From NCBI GenBank assembly GCA_031268175.1, contig JAIRXR010000011.1, positions 115,659-179,658 of the forward strand: a DNA stretch of 64,000 bases, in the 5' to 3' direction. Under the pieces are notes generated by a model. That model was not told the origin of the DNA and did no database searches. It was given only the letters and a program-made list of their open reading frames with translations. The position numbers were made by a program, and so were the translations under genes. Every line of letters begins with the position of its first letter. Positions within the stretch are counted from its first letter, which is position 1. This DNA comes from Puniceicoccales bacterium. GTDB taxonomy: Bacteria; Verrucomicrobiota; Verrucomicrobiia; Opitutales; JAIRKQ01. Shown in pieces: positions 19,887 to 29,510 of this stretch.

Positions 19887-22031
19887 ATGAAACGACTCGT
19901 ACCAATTGTGTTGTTTTTTGCCGGTAGTTTTCTAGAAGCAACTCCGATGAATCCCGATTATCATCCATTTTTAGCAGATGATGATCCAATAAAATGGCAC
20001 ACTCTGCTGCCGAAATACATCGAAGGTGACATCAAATACGCAATTGCGCTGGCTCAAAAAAACATCGATGCAATCGCGGCCCTTCCATTGGATAAACTGA
20101 CATTTGAAAATACCATCCTCGCCCTGGAAAGGGCAGGCGCACCTTTGGATCGGGGATGGAAATGCGTAAATCACCTGGATGCAACGTGCAACTGCGAAGA
20201 ACTGCGCGCTGAGCACAACAAAATGCTGCCGCTAGTCGCCGAATTCGGAGCAAATATCCTGCTGAACGACGACCTTTGGCTGCGCATAAAAACGTTTGCT
20301 GAAACAGCGGAAGCGAAAAGTTTGCACGGCGTGGATAGAAAACTTCTGGATGATACGATCGACAGCTTCCGGGACAGTGGCGCAGATTTGCCACGCAATC
20401 GCAGGGAACGGCTAAAGGCAATTCGCATAGAGATATCGCAAAAATCGCAAAAATTCGCCGAAAACGTACTCGATTCCAGGAATGCCTGGGAAAAGTACAT
20501 CGACGACGCATCGGCGCTGGATGGCCTGCCGAAAATAACCGTCGACGTGCTGCGCGAAGACGCCAGGGAGCATGGCCGCGAAGGATTTCGCATCTCACTG
20601 AACCCGAGCAGCTCGGCGAAGTGCATGCAATACCTTGAAAGCGAAGCGCTGCGCGAGGAAATCTTCCGCGCATCACTGACCGTCGGGGAAAAGCGCCCCT
20701 ACGCCAACGGGAAAATCATAGCCGACATACTGAAATTGCGCAGCGAGACGGCAAAAATTCTCGGGCATAAAACCTATGCCGATCTTGTGCTCAAGCGAAG
20801 AATGGCCAAAAACGGAGCGGCGGCTTTGGCATTCGTCGAAAGCTTACACGGAAGGACGGCGAAGTTTTTCGCAAGGGACATCGGCGAGCTGGAAACTTTT
20901 CGGGCAAAATTTTTCAACGAAAAAAAAGCCCGCCTAAAGCCGTGGGAAACCGCCTATTTGGCCGAAAAACTTCGCAGGGAAAAATTCGACTTCGACGAGG
21001 AAGAGTTGCGCCCGTATTTCAAGCTTGAAAATGTAATTTCTGGGTTATTTGAGACGGCCAACGCGCTGTATGGCATAAAATTTGAGGAGCAATCAACGTT
21101 CTTCACGACCGACGAAACCGCCGCCGTGCCCGAAGGGGCGATTCCAGTTTGGCACAGGGATGTCAAATATTTCAAAGCATTTGAGGGAAACGGCGAGTAC
21201 ATAGGCGGGCTCTACTTTGATATCCACCCGCGAGAATCGAAGCACGCCGGAGGGTGGATGAGCGACACCAAAGGCGGCTACTTCGACGGCAATGGCATTT
21301 GGCATCACCCCGTAGCTACCATTTGCACAAACCTGACGCCGTCGACTGAAAATGCACCGTCGCTCCTATCGCACAGGGAAGTGGAAACGCTGTTCCACGA
21401 ATTCGGACACACACTACACCACCTCCTCGGCAAGGTCAAATACGAATCCATGAATGGCGCCAACGTCGCCTGGGACTTCGTGGAATTACCATCCCAGATT
21501 ATGGAAAATTTTTGCTGGGAGCGTGTAAGCCTCGACGCCTTCGCCAGGCACTTCGAAACCGGCGAACCAATCCCGGAGGATCTGTTCAGCAAGATGATCG
21601 CAGCCAAAAACCACCTGTCCGGGACGGGCATGATGGGGCAGCTGTGCTTTGCAAAACTTGACCTCGAGTTACATCAAAAATATGACAACTATGCCGGCGC
21701 AAGCATCGAGAACGGGCTGGGAAAAGTTCTGGAAACGTATCGCATCCCGCTTTCGGAGCACGTTCCAACCATAATTCTGAGCTTTAAGCACATCTTCGGC
21801 GGTGGCTATTCCGCCGGGTATTATTCCTACAAGTGGGCGGAAGTTTTAGACGCGGATGCATTTAACAAATTCAAAGGCGACGGCGTTTTAAGCAGGAAAG
21901 TCGGCGAGGAGTTTCGAGAAAAAATTCTATCCAAGGGCGACAGCGAGGAGGCTGACGTCCTGTACCGCGATTTCATGGGCCGCAATCCCGACATCGAACC
22001 ACTGTTCGTGAGAAGCGGGCTCGTTGATTGA
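19887..22031 (+). CDS. M3 family metallopeptidase (oligopeptidase A / peptidyl-dipeptidase Dcp-like)
   Basis: 714 aa, signal peptide, zinc motif HEFGHTLHH with a downstream E, and M3 C-terminal conservation (YSYKWAEVLDADAF). Confidence 0.85.
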   Translation: MKRLVPIVLFFAGSFLEATPMNPDYHPFLADDDPIKWHTLLPKYIEGDIKYAIALAQKNIDAIAALPLDKLTFENTILALERAGAPLDRGWKCVNHLDATCNCEELRAEHNKMLPLVAEFGANILLNDDLWLRIKTFAETAEAKSLHGVDRKLLDDTIDSFRDSGADLPRNRRERLKAIRIEISQKSQKFAENVLDSRNAWEKYIDDASALDGLPKITVDVLREDAREHGREGFRISLNPSSSAKCMQYLESEALREEIFRASLTVGEKRPYANGKIIADILKLRSETAKILGHKTYADLVLKRRMAKNGAAALAFVESLHGRTAKFFARDIGELETFRAKFFNEKKARLKPWETAYLAEKLRREKFDFDEEELRPYFKLENVISGLFETANALYGIKFEEQSTFFTTDETAAVPEGAIPVWHRDVKYFKAFEGNGEYIGGLYFDIHPRESKHAGGWMSDTKGGYFDGNGIWHHPVATICTNLTPSTENAPSLLSHREVETLFHEFGHTLHHLLGKVKYESMNGANVAWDFVELPSQIMENFCWERVSLDAFARHFETGEPIPEDLFSKMIAAKNHLSGTGMMGQLCFAKLDLELHQKYDNYAGASIENGLGKVLETYRIPLSEHVPTIILSFKHIFGGGYSAGYYSYKWAEVLDADAFNKFKGDGVLSRKVGEEFREKILSKGDSEEADVLYRDFMGRNPDIEPLFVRSGLVD

Positions 22032-22077
22032 TTTCGTGCGCTCGATTTTCGCGGCCGGTGCCTGCTAGGGAATTTCT

Positions 22078-23475
22078 ATGAAACTTTTTAACACACTCAG
22101 TGAAAAAAAAGAGGAGCTGACTCCCGGGCCCAGCGGAAAATTCACGATGTACTTCTGCGGACCAACGGTGTACAGTTATGCCCACATCGGAAATTTTCGC
22201 ACCTACCTGCTGCAGGATGTCCTCGTGCGAACTTTGGAGGCCGATGGGTACAATCCGTGCGTCGCCAGGAACATCACCGACGTTGATGACAAAACAATCG
22301 GAAGGTCCGTGAGAAGCAACGTCTCGCTGAAGAATTTTACCGAAAAATGGACAAGGATCTTTCACAGAGACTGCGACGCTCTGAACATAAAATCGCCGAA
22401 TTTTGAACCCAGGGCAGCGGAACACATCAACGAGCAGATAGACATGGTAAAAACCCTCATTGACAAAGGGTTTGCCTACGCTGCGCACGACGGATCGGTC
22501 TATTTCAAAATTTCTGCATTCGACGGCTACGGCGCGCTGTCGAATTTGAGGGAGCGCACGCTGAAAACACAGGAACTCGACAGCGCCGGCAAAAAAAATT
22601 TAGCGGACGAATACGACAGGGACAGCGTCTCCGACTTCGCCCTTTGGAAATCCGCCAAAGCTGCGGATGGTGAAAATTTTTGGCCGAGTCCATGGGGCAA
22701 CGGCCGCCCGGGATGGCACATAGAGTGCAGCGCAATGGCCAAAAAATATCTCGGCGAGACCATAGATCTGCACTCCGGTGGCGTAGATTTGAAATTTCCA
22801 CACCACGAAAACGAGATCGCCCAATCCGAGTGCGCTAACGGCAAGCGATTCTCACGGTATTGGATGCACATAAATCACCTGCTCGTTGGCGGGGCCAAAA
22901 TGTCGAAAAGTTTGGGAAATTTGTACACGCTGAGTGACATTTTGGCGAAGGGATACTCGGCGCAGTGCCTGCGCTATGCTCTCATAGCTGCACACTACAG
23001 CCAGCAGCTTAACTTCACATTTAACAACCTGGAAGCCGCGAAAAATGCTACCGGTAGGCTGCGGAATTTTTTTAATAAAATTTCAAATGGGGCGCCTGTG
23101 CAAAGATTTGCAATCGCGGAGTGGGAATTTTTCGGCGACGCATTTGCTGCGCTACTCGATGACATAAACACGCCGGCGTGTCTGGGCAGCATTTTCAAAG
23201 TCATCAATGAAAGCACTGTGGAAGCACTCGACGGGATGCAAAAATCAAAGCTCGCCGGAGAATTTTCGACGCTGATGTACTGCCTTGGCCTGCAGTTGGA
23301 TGACGCAGAAGCGAGCATTGAAATTCCAGAGAAAATCCAAAAGGTGGCTGCTGACAGGTGGAATGCGAAGCAATCGAAAAATTTTCAAGAGGCGGACCTC
23401 CTGCGCCGGCAACTACTGGACAGCGGCTGGGTTATCAATGACACAAAAGACAACTATTCCATCGAAAAAATGTGA
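22078..23475 (+). CDS. cysS: cysteine--tRNA ligase
   Basis: Class I motifs HIGN (YAHIGNFR) and KMSKS; WHIECSAM zinc site. Confidence 0.95.
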   Translation: MKLFNTLSEKKEELTPGPSGKFTMYFCGPTVYSYAHIGNFRTYLLQDVLVRTLEADGYNPCVARNITDVDDKTIGRSVRSNVSLKNFTEKWTRIFHRDCDALNIKSPNFEPRAAEHINEQIDMVKTLIDKGFAYAAHDGSVYFKISAFDGYGALSNLRERTLKTQELDSAGKKNLADEYDRDSVSDFALWKSAKAADGENFWPSPWGNGRPGWHIECSAMAKKYLGETIDLHSGGVDLKFPHHENEIAQSECANGKRFSRYWMHINHLLVGGAKMSKSLGNLYTLSDILAKGYSAQCLRYALIAAHYSQQLNFTFNNLEAAKNATGRLRNFFNKISNGAPVQRFAIAEWEFFGDAFAALLDDINTPACLGSIFKVINESTVEALDGMQKSKLAGEFSTLMYCLGLQLDDAEASIEIPEKIQKVAADRWNAKQSKNFQEADLLRRQLLDSGWVINDTKDNYSIEKM

Positions 23476-23486
23476 CGCACTTCGCA

Positions 23487-24116
23487 CTAGTTCTGCGTTT
23501 CCATTTGGTATATTTTCAGGACGGCGGCGAAGTCTTCATCGCGGGATCCGCTCACCACAACGTGGTCGTAGATCTTTGCCATTTTTACTTCGTTTTCCGC
23601 CGTTTTAATGCGCTGCGCGATGGCGGCTTTCGTCTCCGTTCCGCGACCGATGATGCGCTCTCTGAGATCATCCAAACTCTTCGGGGCAACGAAAACAGTG
23701 GCCGTGCGGAAATTATTTTTCCGTGATAAAATTTGTGCAACACCGGCGGTATCGATCAGTAGCAGCGCGTTTGCGCCGGATGACAAAATATTTTCCACGT
23801 CTGTGCGCGGAGAACCGTAGTAGGCCCCACCGTGCACATTGGCATACTCAAGGAATTCCGACTGGCGGATGCCTTCGGCGAATTTTTCCCAGCTTACAAA
23901 GTGGTAATCGATGCCGTCCCTTTCGAAAACTCTCGGAGGTCGCGTGGTAATCGTAACGACCTTTTTCAAATTTTCGGATCCGACTGTGGAGAGCAGCCGA
24001 ACAGCTATGGTATTTTTGCCAACACCGGATGGACCGGACAAAATGAATAGCACTCCAGGCAGGACCACATCACTGTCGCGCCCAACACGATTTTTCCCTC
24101 CAATTTTCGTTTGCAC
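23487..24116 (-). CDS. gmk: guanylate kinase
   Basis: P-loop SGPSGVGKNT and GMP-binding TTRPPR...G.DYHFV motif. Confidence 0.9.
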   Translation of the reverse strand: MQTKIGGKNRVGRDSDVVLPGVLFILSGPSGVGKNTIAVRLLSTVGSENLKKVVTITTRPPRVFERDGIDYHFVSWEKFAEGIRQSEFLEYANVHGGAYYGSPRTDVENILSSGANALLLIDTAGVAQILSRKNNFRTATVFVAPKSLDDLRERIIGRGTETKAAIAQRIKTAENEVKMAKIYDHVVVSGSRDEDFAAVLKIYQMETQN

Positions 24117-24254
24117 TTGCGCTAATTTTCAAACTTTTACGGATGGCTTGGCAATCAAAATTTCGCCTTCGAAATTTTCAAAGCGTAAAATTCGCAAGTA
24201 AGATCTTGACTTGTGGCAACTTTACTTTTTGCTGACTGGCAGTAGGAAGAGGTT

Positions 24255-24401
24255 ATGCATCCGACGTATCATCCATCAAAATTGAAAAGAATCAGAAAAT
24301 GCGGATTTCGGGCCAGGATGGCGACGCGCGGCGGACGCAAAGTGCTGTCATCGCGGAGGCGTGTCGGTCGCAAGCGAATGTGCGTCTGCGTAAGATTCTA
24401 G
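24255..24401 (+). CDS. rpmH: 50S ribosomal protein L34
   Basis: Not in the ORF track (48 aa). Hand translation gives [48 protein letters not shown], matching the L34 core (T.QPS...R....GFR.RM.T..GR.VL..RR.KGRK). Shine-Dalgarno AGGAAGAGG upstream. Immediately precedes rnpA, the conserved order. Confidence 0.85.
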   Translation: MHPTYHPSKLKRIRKCGFRARMATRGGRKVLSSRRRVGRKRMCVCVRF

Positions 24402-24407
24402 CAGCAA

Positions 24408-24818
24408 ATGCACAGGCTTCTGAAGAGCCAACGCGTCCGAAAATCGTCGGATTTCGCGAGATTTCGCTCCGGAGATGCCCGCAGTGTGCGCTCCGAAGTG
24501 TTCATTTTTAAAACCGTTCTCTGCAGAGCGAACGGAGATTGCCACCGCGACTGGTTGCCAAGGATCGGAATCGTAACGGCAAAAAAGGTTGGCAATGCGG
24601 TGAAGAGAAATCGCATTCGCCGCATCGTACGCGAATGGTTTAGGCTAAACCCGGAGGCCTTTGGGAAGGGCCATGATTACCTATTCATCGCGCTCCGAGG
24701 GATCGCTGCCAAATCCAATGGGGAAATATTTCGCGAAATTTCGCATGCGGCAAAGAAGTTGCCGCGTGTCTCAGCGCCGCGCCACGCGGAAGGCGAAGAG
24801 TCTCGGTGCGCGGGGTGA
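24408..24818 (+). CDS. rnpA: ribonuclease P protein component
   Basis: Basic ~136-aa protein with the RNR-like motif (KKVGNAVKRNRIRRIVRE), located directly after rpmH. Confidence 0.8.
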   Translation: MHRLLKSQRVRKSSDFARFRSGDARSVRSEVFIFKTVLCRANGDCHRDWLPRIGIVTAKKVGNAVKRNRIRRIVREWFRLNPEAFGKGHDYLFIALRGIAAKSNGEIFREISHAAKKLPRVSAPRHAEGEESRCAG

Positions 24819-24876
24819 GAAAATTTCGCCACAAAATCTTCTTTCAAAGCTCCTAAAAAAATGCTACGCTGCGCCG

Positions 24877-25356
24877 ATGGTGTCTGAAAAATTCACCGTG
24901 CGTGTGGCAACGCTGTTCGGGCTCGGCTGGTCTTCGGTTATGCCAGGTACTATCGGAGCGCTCTTCGGGACGCTGTTCTACGCCGTCGTCGTACGAAATT
25001 TGCGGCCACTATCTGCAATTTTTACGGTGTGTTTTATGGTCCTGGCAGCCATCATGGTCTGCGACGTTGCCGCAAGGGAAATCGGAGAAGAGGACCCACC
25101 TTGCATAATTTTCGACGAGTTTGTCGCCATGCCAGTCTGCTTTCTGGGCGTTGGCGGATTTGCGCCGCGAAAAATTTCAACGTTTGTTCTACTGCTGACT
25201 GGGTTTGTTATTTTTCGCACATTCGACATCTTGAAGCCGTTTGGCATAAAAAAAATAGAGCGCCTATCCGGCGGCATCGGCATCGTCGCCGACGACATTG
25301 CGGCTGCGATTTACACAAACGCTGCACTGCTGTTGATTTGCTTGACTGTTGCCTAG
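24877..25356 (+). CDS. pgpA: phosphatidylglycerophosphatase A
   Basis: TLFGLGW...PGTIGALFG, DEFVAMP and FDILKPFGIKKIE...GIGIVADDIAAAIYT motifs. Start taken at MVSEKF. Confidence 0.8.
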   Translation: MVSEKFTVRVATLFGLGWSSVMPGTIGALFGTLFYAVVVRNLRPLSAIFTVCFMVLAAIMVCDVAAREIGEEDPPCIIFDEFVAMPVCFLGVGGFAPRKISTFVLLLTGFVIFRTFDILKPFGIKKIERLSGGIGIVADDIAAAIYTNAALLLICLTVA

Positions 25357-25380
25357 GCGGAAGTAGCTTGACCACGTTCG

Positions 25381-27150
25381 ATGAAAACGTTCTTCGCCAA
25401 CCTGCTGCCGGTCGCCTACGTGATCATATTTCTTGGCGGATCCATTCTGGTACACGAACTCGGCCACTACGCCGCGGCGAGGAAATTTGGGCTACTGGTG
25501 CCGAAATTTTCCATAGGGTTTGGGCCAAAGCTCTTTGGGTTCAGGTGCAATGGGACAGAATTCGTTGTTTCCTTGTTTCCGCTCGGTGGCTACGCGGCCG
25601 TTCCACAGTTGGCGGATCTAAAGGCTATCGAAGGCGAATTCGATCTACCTAAGGGCCTGGAAGAAGCTAGCTATCTGGCCAAAATTATCACGGCATTTGC
25701 CGGGCCGCTGGCAAACGTTATACTTGCACTTATTTTGACGGTTATTATCTATTTTATCGGCGTTCCAACGCCGGAAGAAATGCTGGATACGCGCGTTGGC
25801 TACGTGCTGGATGCGTTGGCGCTTTCCGATGGGAAGGAAATTTCATCGCCGGCCAGTAAGGCTGGAATTTTGCCAAACGACAAGATTCTATCCGTTGACG
25901 GCACCGCTGTCAAAAAATTTGACGAAATCGTGCAGCTCATAGCGCTCGGCATCGGAAGAGATGCGGACGGAAAACCTCTCTCATCCTTGGAAATTGAGCG
26001 CGATGGCAGGCAGTTTAAGCTGGCTGTGCGCCCTGAGGTAGTGCCCACGTCCGCACCAAATTGCGACGAATTGCGTATGATAGGCATTTTACCGAAGCAA
26101 ACGCTGAAAATTGGAAAATTTTCCGATGCCATGGCAGCGAAAAATTGCGGACTGCACGGAGGAGATCGCATAGTTTCTGCCAATGGCACACCAATTTTTC
26201 ACGCGGCCGCCTTGCGCAAAATAACCGAGCGAAGCAAAGGTGTTGCACTGGAAATCGAGCGCGGCGGTGAGCGCAAAATTTTCGACATCCCAACCAGGAA
26301 ATTGGCAATCGAAAAGCCATTTTTTACGGTGGCGTTTTCCGGCGGAAATGCAACATTGGACGCCATTCCATCGGACTATGATGCGAATGGTTTCAATGGA
26401 GAAGGGCAAAAATTTTCACAGTTTCAAATTTTCTGCAGCGACAAAAGGTTGCTCAAAAAGAGCGGCGTTGCAAATGGCGATTGCATAGTTTCCGTTGGAG
26501 GAAACCCGGTTACCTCGCTGGAGGAAATCAGGGACGGCATGGCTGGCAGAAACGAAATTTCCGTGGCAGTGGCGACGAAATCCGGCGAAAGAGCTATCGC
26601 CATCGGTGATATCTCGTCCTTTGCGCTGCATCCGACGGCTTTCGTAAAAATTTTGGGAATTCCGCTGATCAACGGCGAAATAGTTGACTATCCGTCTCCG
26701 CTGCAGCAGATCCGCGACACTGTCACCGTAACCTTCAAGACATTGCACAGCCTGTTTCACCGCAGTTCAAACATCTCGGCCAAGCATTTGATGGGGCCGG
26801 TCGGACTAATGGACGTTCTGTACTCCTTTGCCAAAGACAACTTTGCCAGGCTGCTGTGGTTCGTAGTCCTAATAAATGTGAATCTGGCAATTTTGAACCT
26901 ACTGCCGTTTCCCGTCTTCGATGGCGGGATAATAGCCATCTCCACCGCGGAAAAAATCACCGGGTGGAAGTGCATCGGTAAAATTTTTTCAAAGGTTCAG
27001 GTCGTCTTTTTCTCACTGCTCATAGGCCTAATCGCCTACGTGACGTTCTTCGATTTTCGTCGCATCTGGGGGGAAATGCATTCAACTTTTGAGGAGCAGA
27101 GGCATTCGCGGTTGCTCATACGCTATGACAATGGCACGGAGGAAGACTAG
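25381..27150 (+). CDS. rseP: RIP metalloprotease RseP (M50 site-2 protease with PDZ domains)
   Basis: HELGHY zinc motif in TM1, central PDZ-like repeats, C-terminal NLLPFPVFDGG motif. Confidence 0.85.
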   Translation: MKTFFANLLPVAYVIIFLGGSILVHELGHYAAARKFGLLVPKFSIGFGPKLFGFRCNGTEFVVSLFPLGGYAAVPQLADLKAIEGEFDLPKGLEEASYLAKIITAFAGPLANVILALILTVIIYFIGVPTPEEMLDTRVGYVLDALALSDGKEISSPASKAGILPNDKILSVDGTAVKKFDEIVQLIALGIGRDADGKPLSSLEIERDGRQFKLAVRPEVVPTSAPNCDELRMIGILPKQTLKIGKFSDAMAAKNCGLHGGDRIVSANGTPIFHAAALRKITERSKGVALEIERGGERKIFDIPTRKLAIEKPFFTVAFSGGNATLDAIPSDYDANGFNGEGQKFSQFQIFCSDKRLLKKSGVANGDCIVSVGGNPVTSLEEIRDGMAGRNEISVAVATKSGERAIAIGDISSFALHPTAFVKILGIPLINGEIVDYPSPLQQIRDTVTVTFKTLHSLFHRSSNISAKHLMGPVGLMDVLYSFAKDNFARLLWFVVLINVNLAILNLLPFPVFDGGIIAISTAEKITGWKCIGKIFSKVQVVFFSLLIGLIAYVTFFDFRRIWGEMHSTFEEQRHSRLLIRYDNGTEED

Positions 27151-28291
27151 GGAGGTTGCCGTCGGCGGCATTGCCATTGGCGGATCAAGCGCTATAAGCA
27201 TCCAGTCGATGACTAGCATTCCGACCGCGAATATTTTCGGAACCGTCAAGCAAATATGCGGCCTCGCGGAGTGCGGCTGCGAAATCGTCAGATTGGCGGT
27301 ATCCAACGCCGAAGATGTAAAATCGCTGGCGGAAATAAAAAGCACCCTGCGGAGGAAGGGCGTCGCCGTGCCACTCGTTGCCGATGTGCATTTTTCGCCG
27401 CTCATCGCCTCCGATTGCCTCGAAGTCGCCGACAAGGTGCGAATCAATGCCGGGAATTTTTCCGACAAAATTCTCGGACAAAAGGCATTTTCCGATGGCG
27501 AGTTTGCCACTGGCAGGGAAAAGTTGCGGAGCAAGTTAAAAGTATTTTTCAACCGAGCAAAAGATTTGAAAAAGCCGGTGCGCATCGGGATAAATTACGG
27601 GTCGCTGGCGCCGAGAATTGTATACAAATTCGGGCACGGCGAGGAGGCCATGTGGGCAAGCGCCGAGGAATGTCTGCTGGCGGCGGAGGAAGTGAATTTC
27701 GAAGCCATCATTCTGTCGTTCAAAGCCAGCGACGTGCAAAAAATTGTGCGAGCCAACCGGCTGGCGTGTTCGCACATGGACGAACGCGGCTGGAATTTTC
27801 CAGTACACCTCGGAGTCACCGAGGCGGCAAGCGGTGACTATGCGCGCGTGAAATCCGCCGTTGGCATCGGAACCCTACTGCAGGAGGGGATTGGCGACAC
27901 CATCCGCGTGTCACTGACGGAAGACCCAACGGAGGAAATCGCAGTGGCAAAAAACATTCTGCAGGCCTGCGGGCTCCGCCGCTACGGCGTTGAGCTGGTT
28001 GCCTGCCCATCCTGCGGGCGCACCACATACGATATTCAGAAGGTCCTCGGAGAGGTTCGGGATGCGCTCGCGCGCATGGGTGGAGCAAAAAATTTCAAGG
28101 TCGCAGTCATGGGATGCGCAATCAACGGCATCGGCGAAGCGGGGGATGCGGATTTTGCCATAGTCGGTGGTCCCGGCGGCATGTTGGCTATCTACGAAGG
28201 CGGAAAGTGCATCGCAACTCGCATAGCGCCCGATAAAATATGCGAAGAATTTTTACAAAAATGCGCCGGCGGGCGTAGAAATAATCCTTGA
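27125..28291 (+). CDS. ispG: 4-hydroxy-3-methylbut-2-en-1-yl diphosphate synthase (flavodoxin)
   Basis: GGIAIGG..ISIQSMT, VADVHF, RINAGN, RIGINYGSL, and the [4Fe-4S] cysteines CPSCGRT...GCAINGIGE. Confidence 0.9.
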   Translation: MTMARRKTREVAVGGIAIGGSSAISIQSMTSIPTANIFGTVKQICGLAECGCEIVRLAVSNAEDVKSLAEIKSTLRRKGVAVPLVADVHFSPLIASDCLEVADKVRINAGNFSDKILGQKAFSDGEFATGREKLRSKLKVFFNRAKDLKKPVRIGINYGSLAPRIVYKFGHGEEAMWASAEECLLAAEEVNFEAIILSFKASDVQKIVRANRLACSHMDERGWNFPVHLGVTEAASGDYARVKSAVGIGTLLQEGIGDTIRVSLTEDPTEEIAVAKNILQACGLRRYGVELVACPSCGRTTYDIQKVLGEVRDALARMGGAKNFKVAVMGCAINGIGEAGDADFAIVGGPGGMLAIYEGGKCIATRIAPDKICEEFLQKCAGGRRNNP

Positions 28292-28315
28292 CGTGTCACA
28301 TTCTTCGCACACAAT
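28288..28315 (+). promoter_or_regulatory. candidate sigma70-type promoter of pseudopilin gene copy A (-35 TTGACG, 16-nt spacer, -10 CACAAT)
   Basis: The -35 overlaps the ispG stop codon. The same element is conserved in the duplicated copy. The ATG lies ~11 nt after the -10, implying a very short or absent leader. Confidence 0.35.
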
Positions 28316-28325
28316 CCATCCCCCT

Positions 28326-28751
28326 ATGGATGGTTCACACAAGCGTAATCGCGGTTTCACTTTGATAGAAATACTCGTCGTGCTGGCGATTCTCGCCGGT
28401 GTCGTCGTAATGCTGGCGAATGGCACCGGCGAAGGCGCGCAAAAGGCCAAATTAAAGCAGGCGGAAATTGACATGGCGCTGCTTGAAACAAGCATAAAGC
28501 AGGAACTTCTCTCTGGCAAGTACAGAGACGTCGACAAGATTGCAGCGGACTATAATAGCACAAAATCACGCAAGGATCCGTGGGGGAATCCGTACCTTTT
28601 CACTGTAGCTCCAAATGGTACACAGCAGCGCACCATTTTAACAATTGAATTCAGGTATACAACCAAAGGCAAATTAACCAAAGGCAAATTTGACACACTT
28701 CCGGATGTCCTCAAGCCGAGAACGATCGACCTGTCCAAGTACATTATCTAG
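28326..28751 (+). CDS. type II secretion major pseudopilin GspG-like (copy A)
   Basis: Prepilin leader MDGSHKRNRG|FTLIEILVVLAILAGVVV (G-1, E+5) and the GspG hallmark DPWGNPY. Confidence 0.7.
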   Translation: MDGSHKRNRGFTLIEILVVLAILAGVVVMLANGTGEGAQKAKLKQAEIDMALLETSIKQELLSGKYRDVDKIAADYNSTKSRKDPWGNPYLFTVAPNGTQQRTILTIEFRYTTKGKLTKGKFDTLPDVLKPRTIDLSKYII

Positions 28752-28802
28752 TAAGCTAGGAACGGGTTCGGAAACAGGCGGCGCTCGAGACCGCAAAAGT
28801 AA

Positions 28803-28989
28803 CAAAAAATTTCAAGGTCGCGGCTGTGGGATGCGCGATTAGCGGCATCGGCGAAGCGGGGATGCGGATTTTGCCATAGTCGGTGATTCCGGCGGCATGC
28901 TGGCTATCTGCGGAGGCGGAAAGTGCGTCGCAACTCGCCTAGCGCCCGATAAAGTCGGCAAAGAATTTTTAAAAAATACGCAAATGTGA
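28803..28989 (+). pseudogene. relic of the ispG 3' end (duplicated, frameshifted)
   Basis: Translates KNFKVAAVGCAISGIGEAG, then a 1-nt deletion (gcgggg vs gcggggg in the intact copy) shifts the frame to a stop. The remainder (DADFAIVGDSGGMLAICGGGKCVATRLAPDK...) reads in another frame. There is no 5' part. Confidence 0.75.
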
Positions 28990-28999
28990 AAAATAATCC

Positions 29000-29027
29000 T
29001 TGACGTGTCACATTCTTCGCATACAAT
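29000..29027 (+). promoter_or_regulatory. candidate sigma70-type promoter of pseudopilin gene copy B (-35 TTGACG, 16-nt spacer, -10 TACAAT)
   Basis: Duplicate of the 28288-28315 element, with a better -10. ATG at 29038. Confidence 0.35.
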
Positions 29028-29037
29028 TCGATACGCT

Positions 29038-29442
29038 ATGGATAATTCACACAAACGTAATCGCGGTTTCACTTTGATAGAAATACTCGTCGTGCTGGCG
29101 ATTCTCGCCGGCGTCGTCGTAATGCTGGCGAAGGGCACCGGCGAAGGCGCGGAAAAGGCCAAAATAAGGCAGACGGAAACGTCAATGGGCCTGCTCGAAA
29201 CCTCCATAAAGGAGGACCTTCTCGCTGGTACGTACGCCAACACCGTAGCCGCAGTAACGGCCTACAATACAAATGGACCAAAACAAATGACAGATGCGTG
29301 GAAGAATGCATTCAGCGTCACTCTTAACGGAAACGAAATAACGATTGCTGTCGACCGAAATACTTCAGGAAAATTTGGTAATGCTTTACCGGCGAGTTTA
29401 GCCTCACACAAATTCAAAGTGTCCGACTATACTATCAATTGA
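29038..29442 (+). CDS. GspG-like pseudopilin paralog (copy B, divergent C-terminus)
   Basis: Leader MDNSHKRNRG|FTLIEILVVLAILAGVVVMLAKGTGEGAEKAK is nearly identical to copy A. The C-terminal half diverges, with DAWKNAF in place of DPWGNPY. Confidence 0.65.
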   Translation: MDNSHKRNRGFTLIEILVVLAILAGVVVMLAKGTGEGAEKAKIRQTETSMGLLETSIKEDLLAGTYANTVAAVTAYNTNGPKQMTDAWKNAFSVTLNGNEITIAVDRNTSGKFGNALPASLASHKFKVSDYTIN

Positions 29443-29510
29443 GCTAAAAAGATTTTTACTAGCGGTGGCGCTCGAAAATATCGGGCGCCATTTGCCATCG
29501 GAAAACAGCC

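Larger units (their letters stand above)
28086..29240. repeat. tandem segmental duplication (period 717 bp): ispG 3' end + promoter + 5' half of the pseudopilin gene
   Basis: Aligned by eye, 28086-~28520 matches 28803-~29240 with high identity (e.g. caaaaaatttcaaggtcgc..., ataatccttgacgtgtcacattcttcgca, cgtaatcgcggtttcactttgatagaaatactcgtcgtgctggcgattctcgccgg). Similarity decays after about codon 60 of the pilin genes. Confidence 0.85.

Noticed and set aside
20032-20676. 214-aa minus-strand ORF
   Set aside because: It is antisense to the M3 peptidase gene. Its composition is Arg/Cys/Pro-rich.
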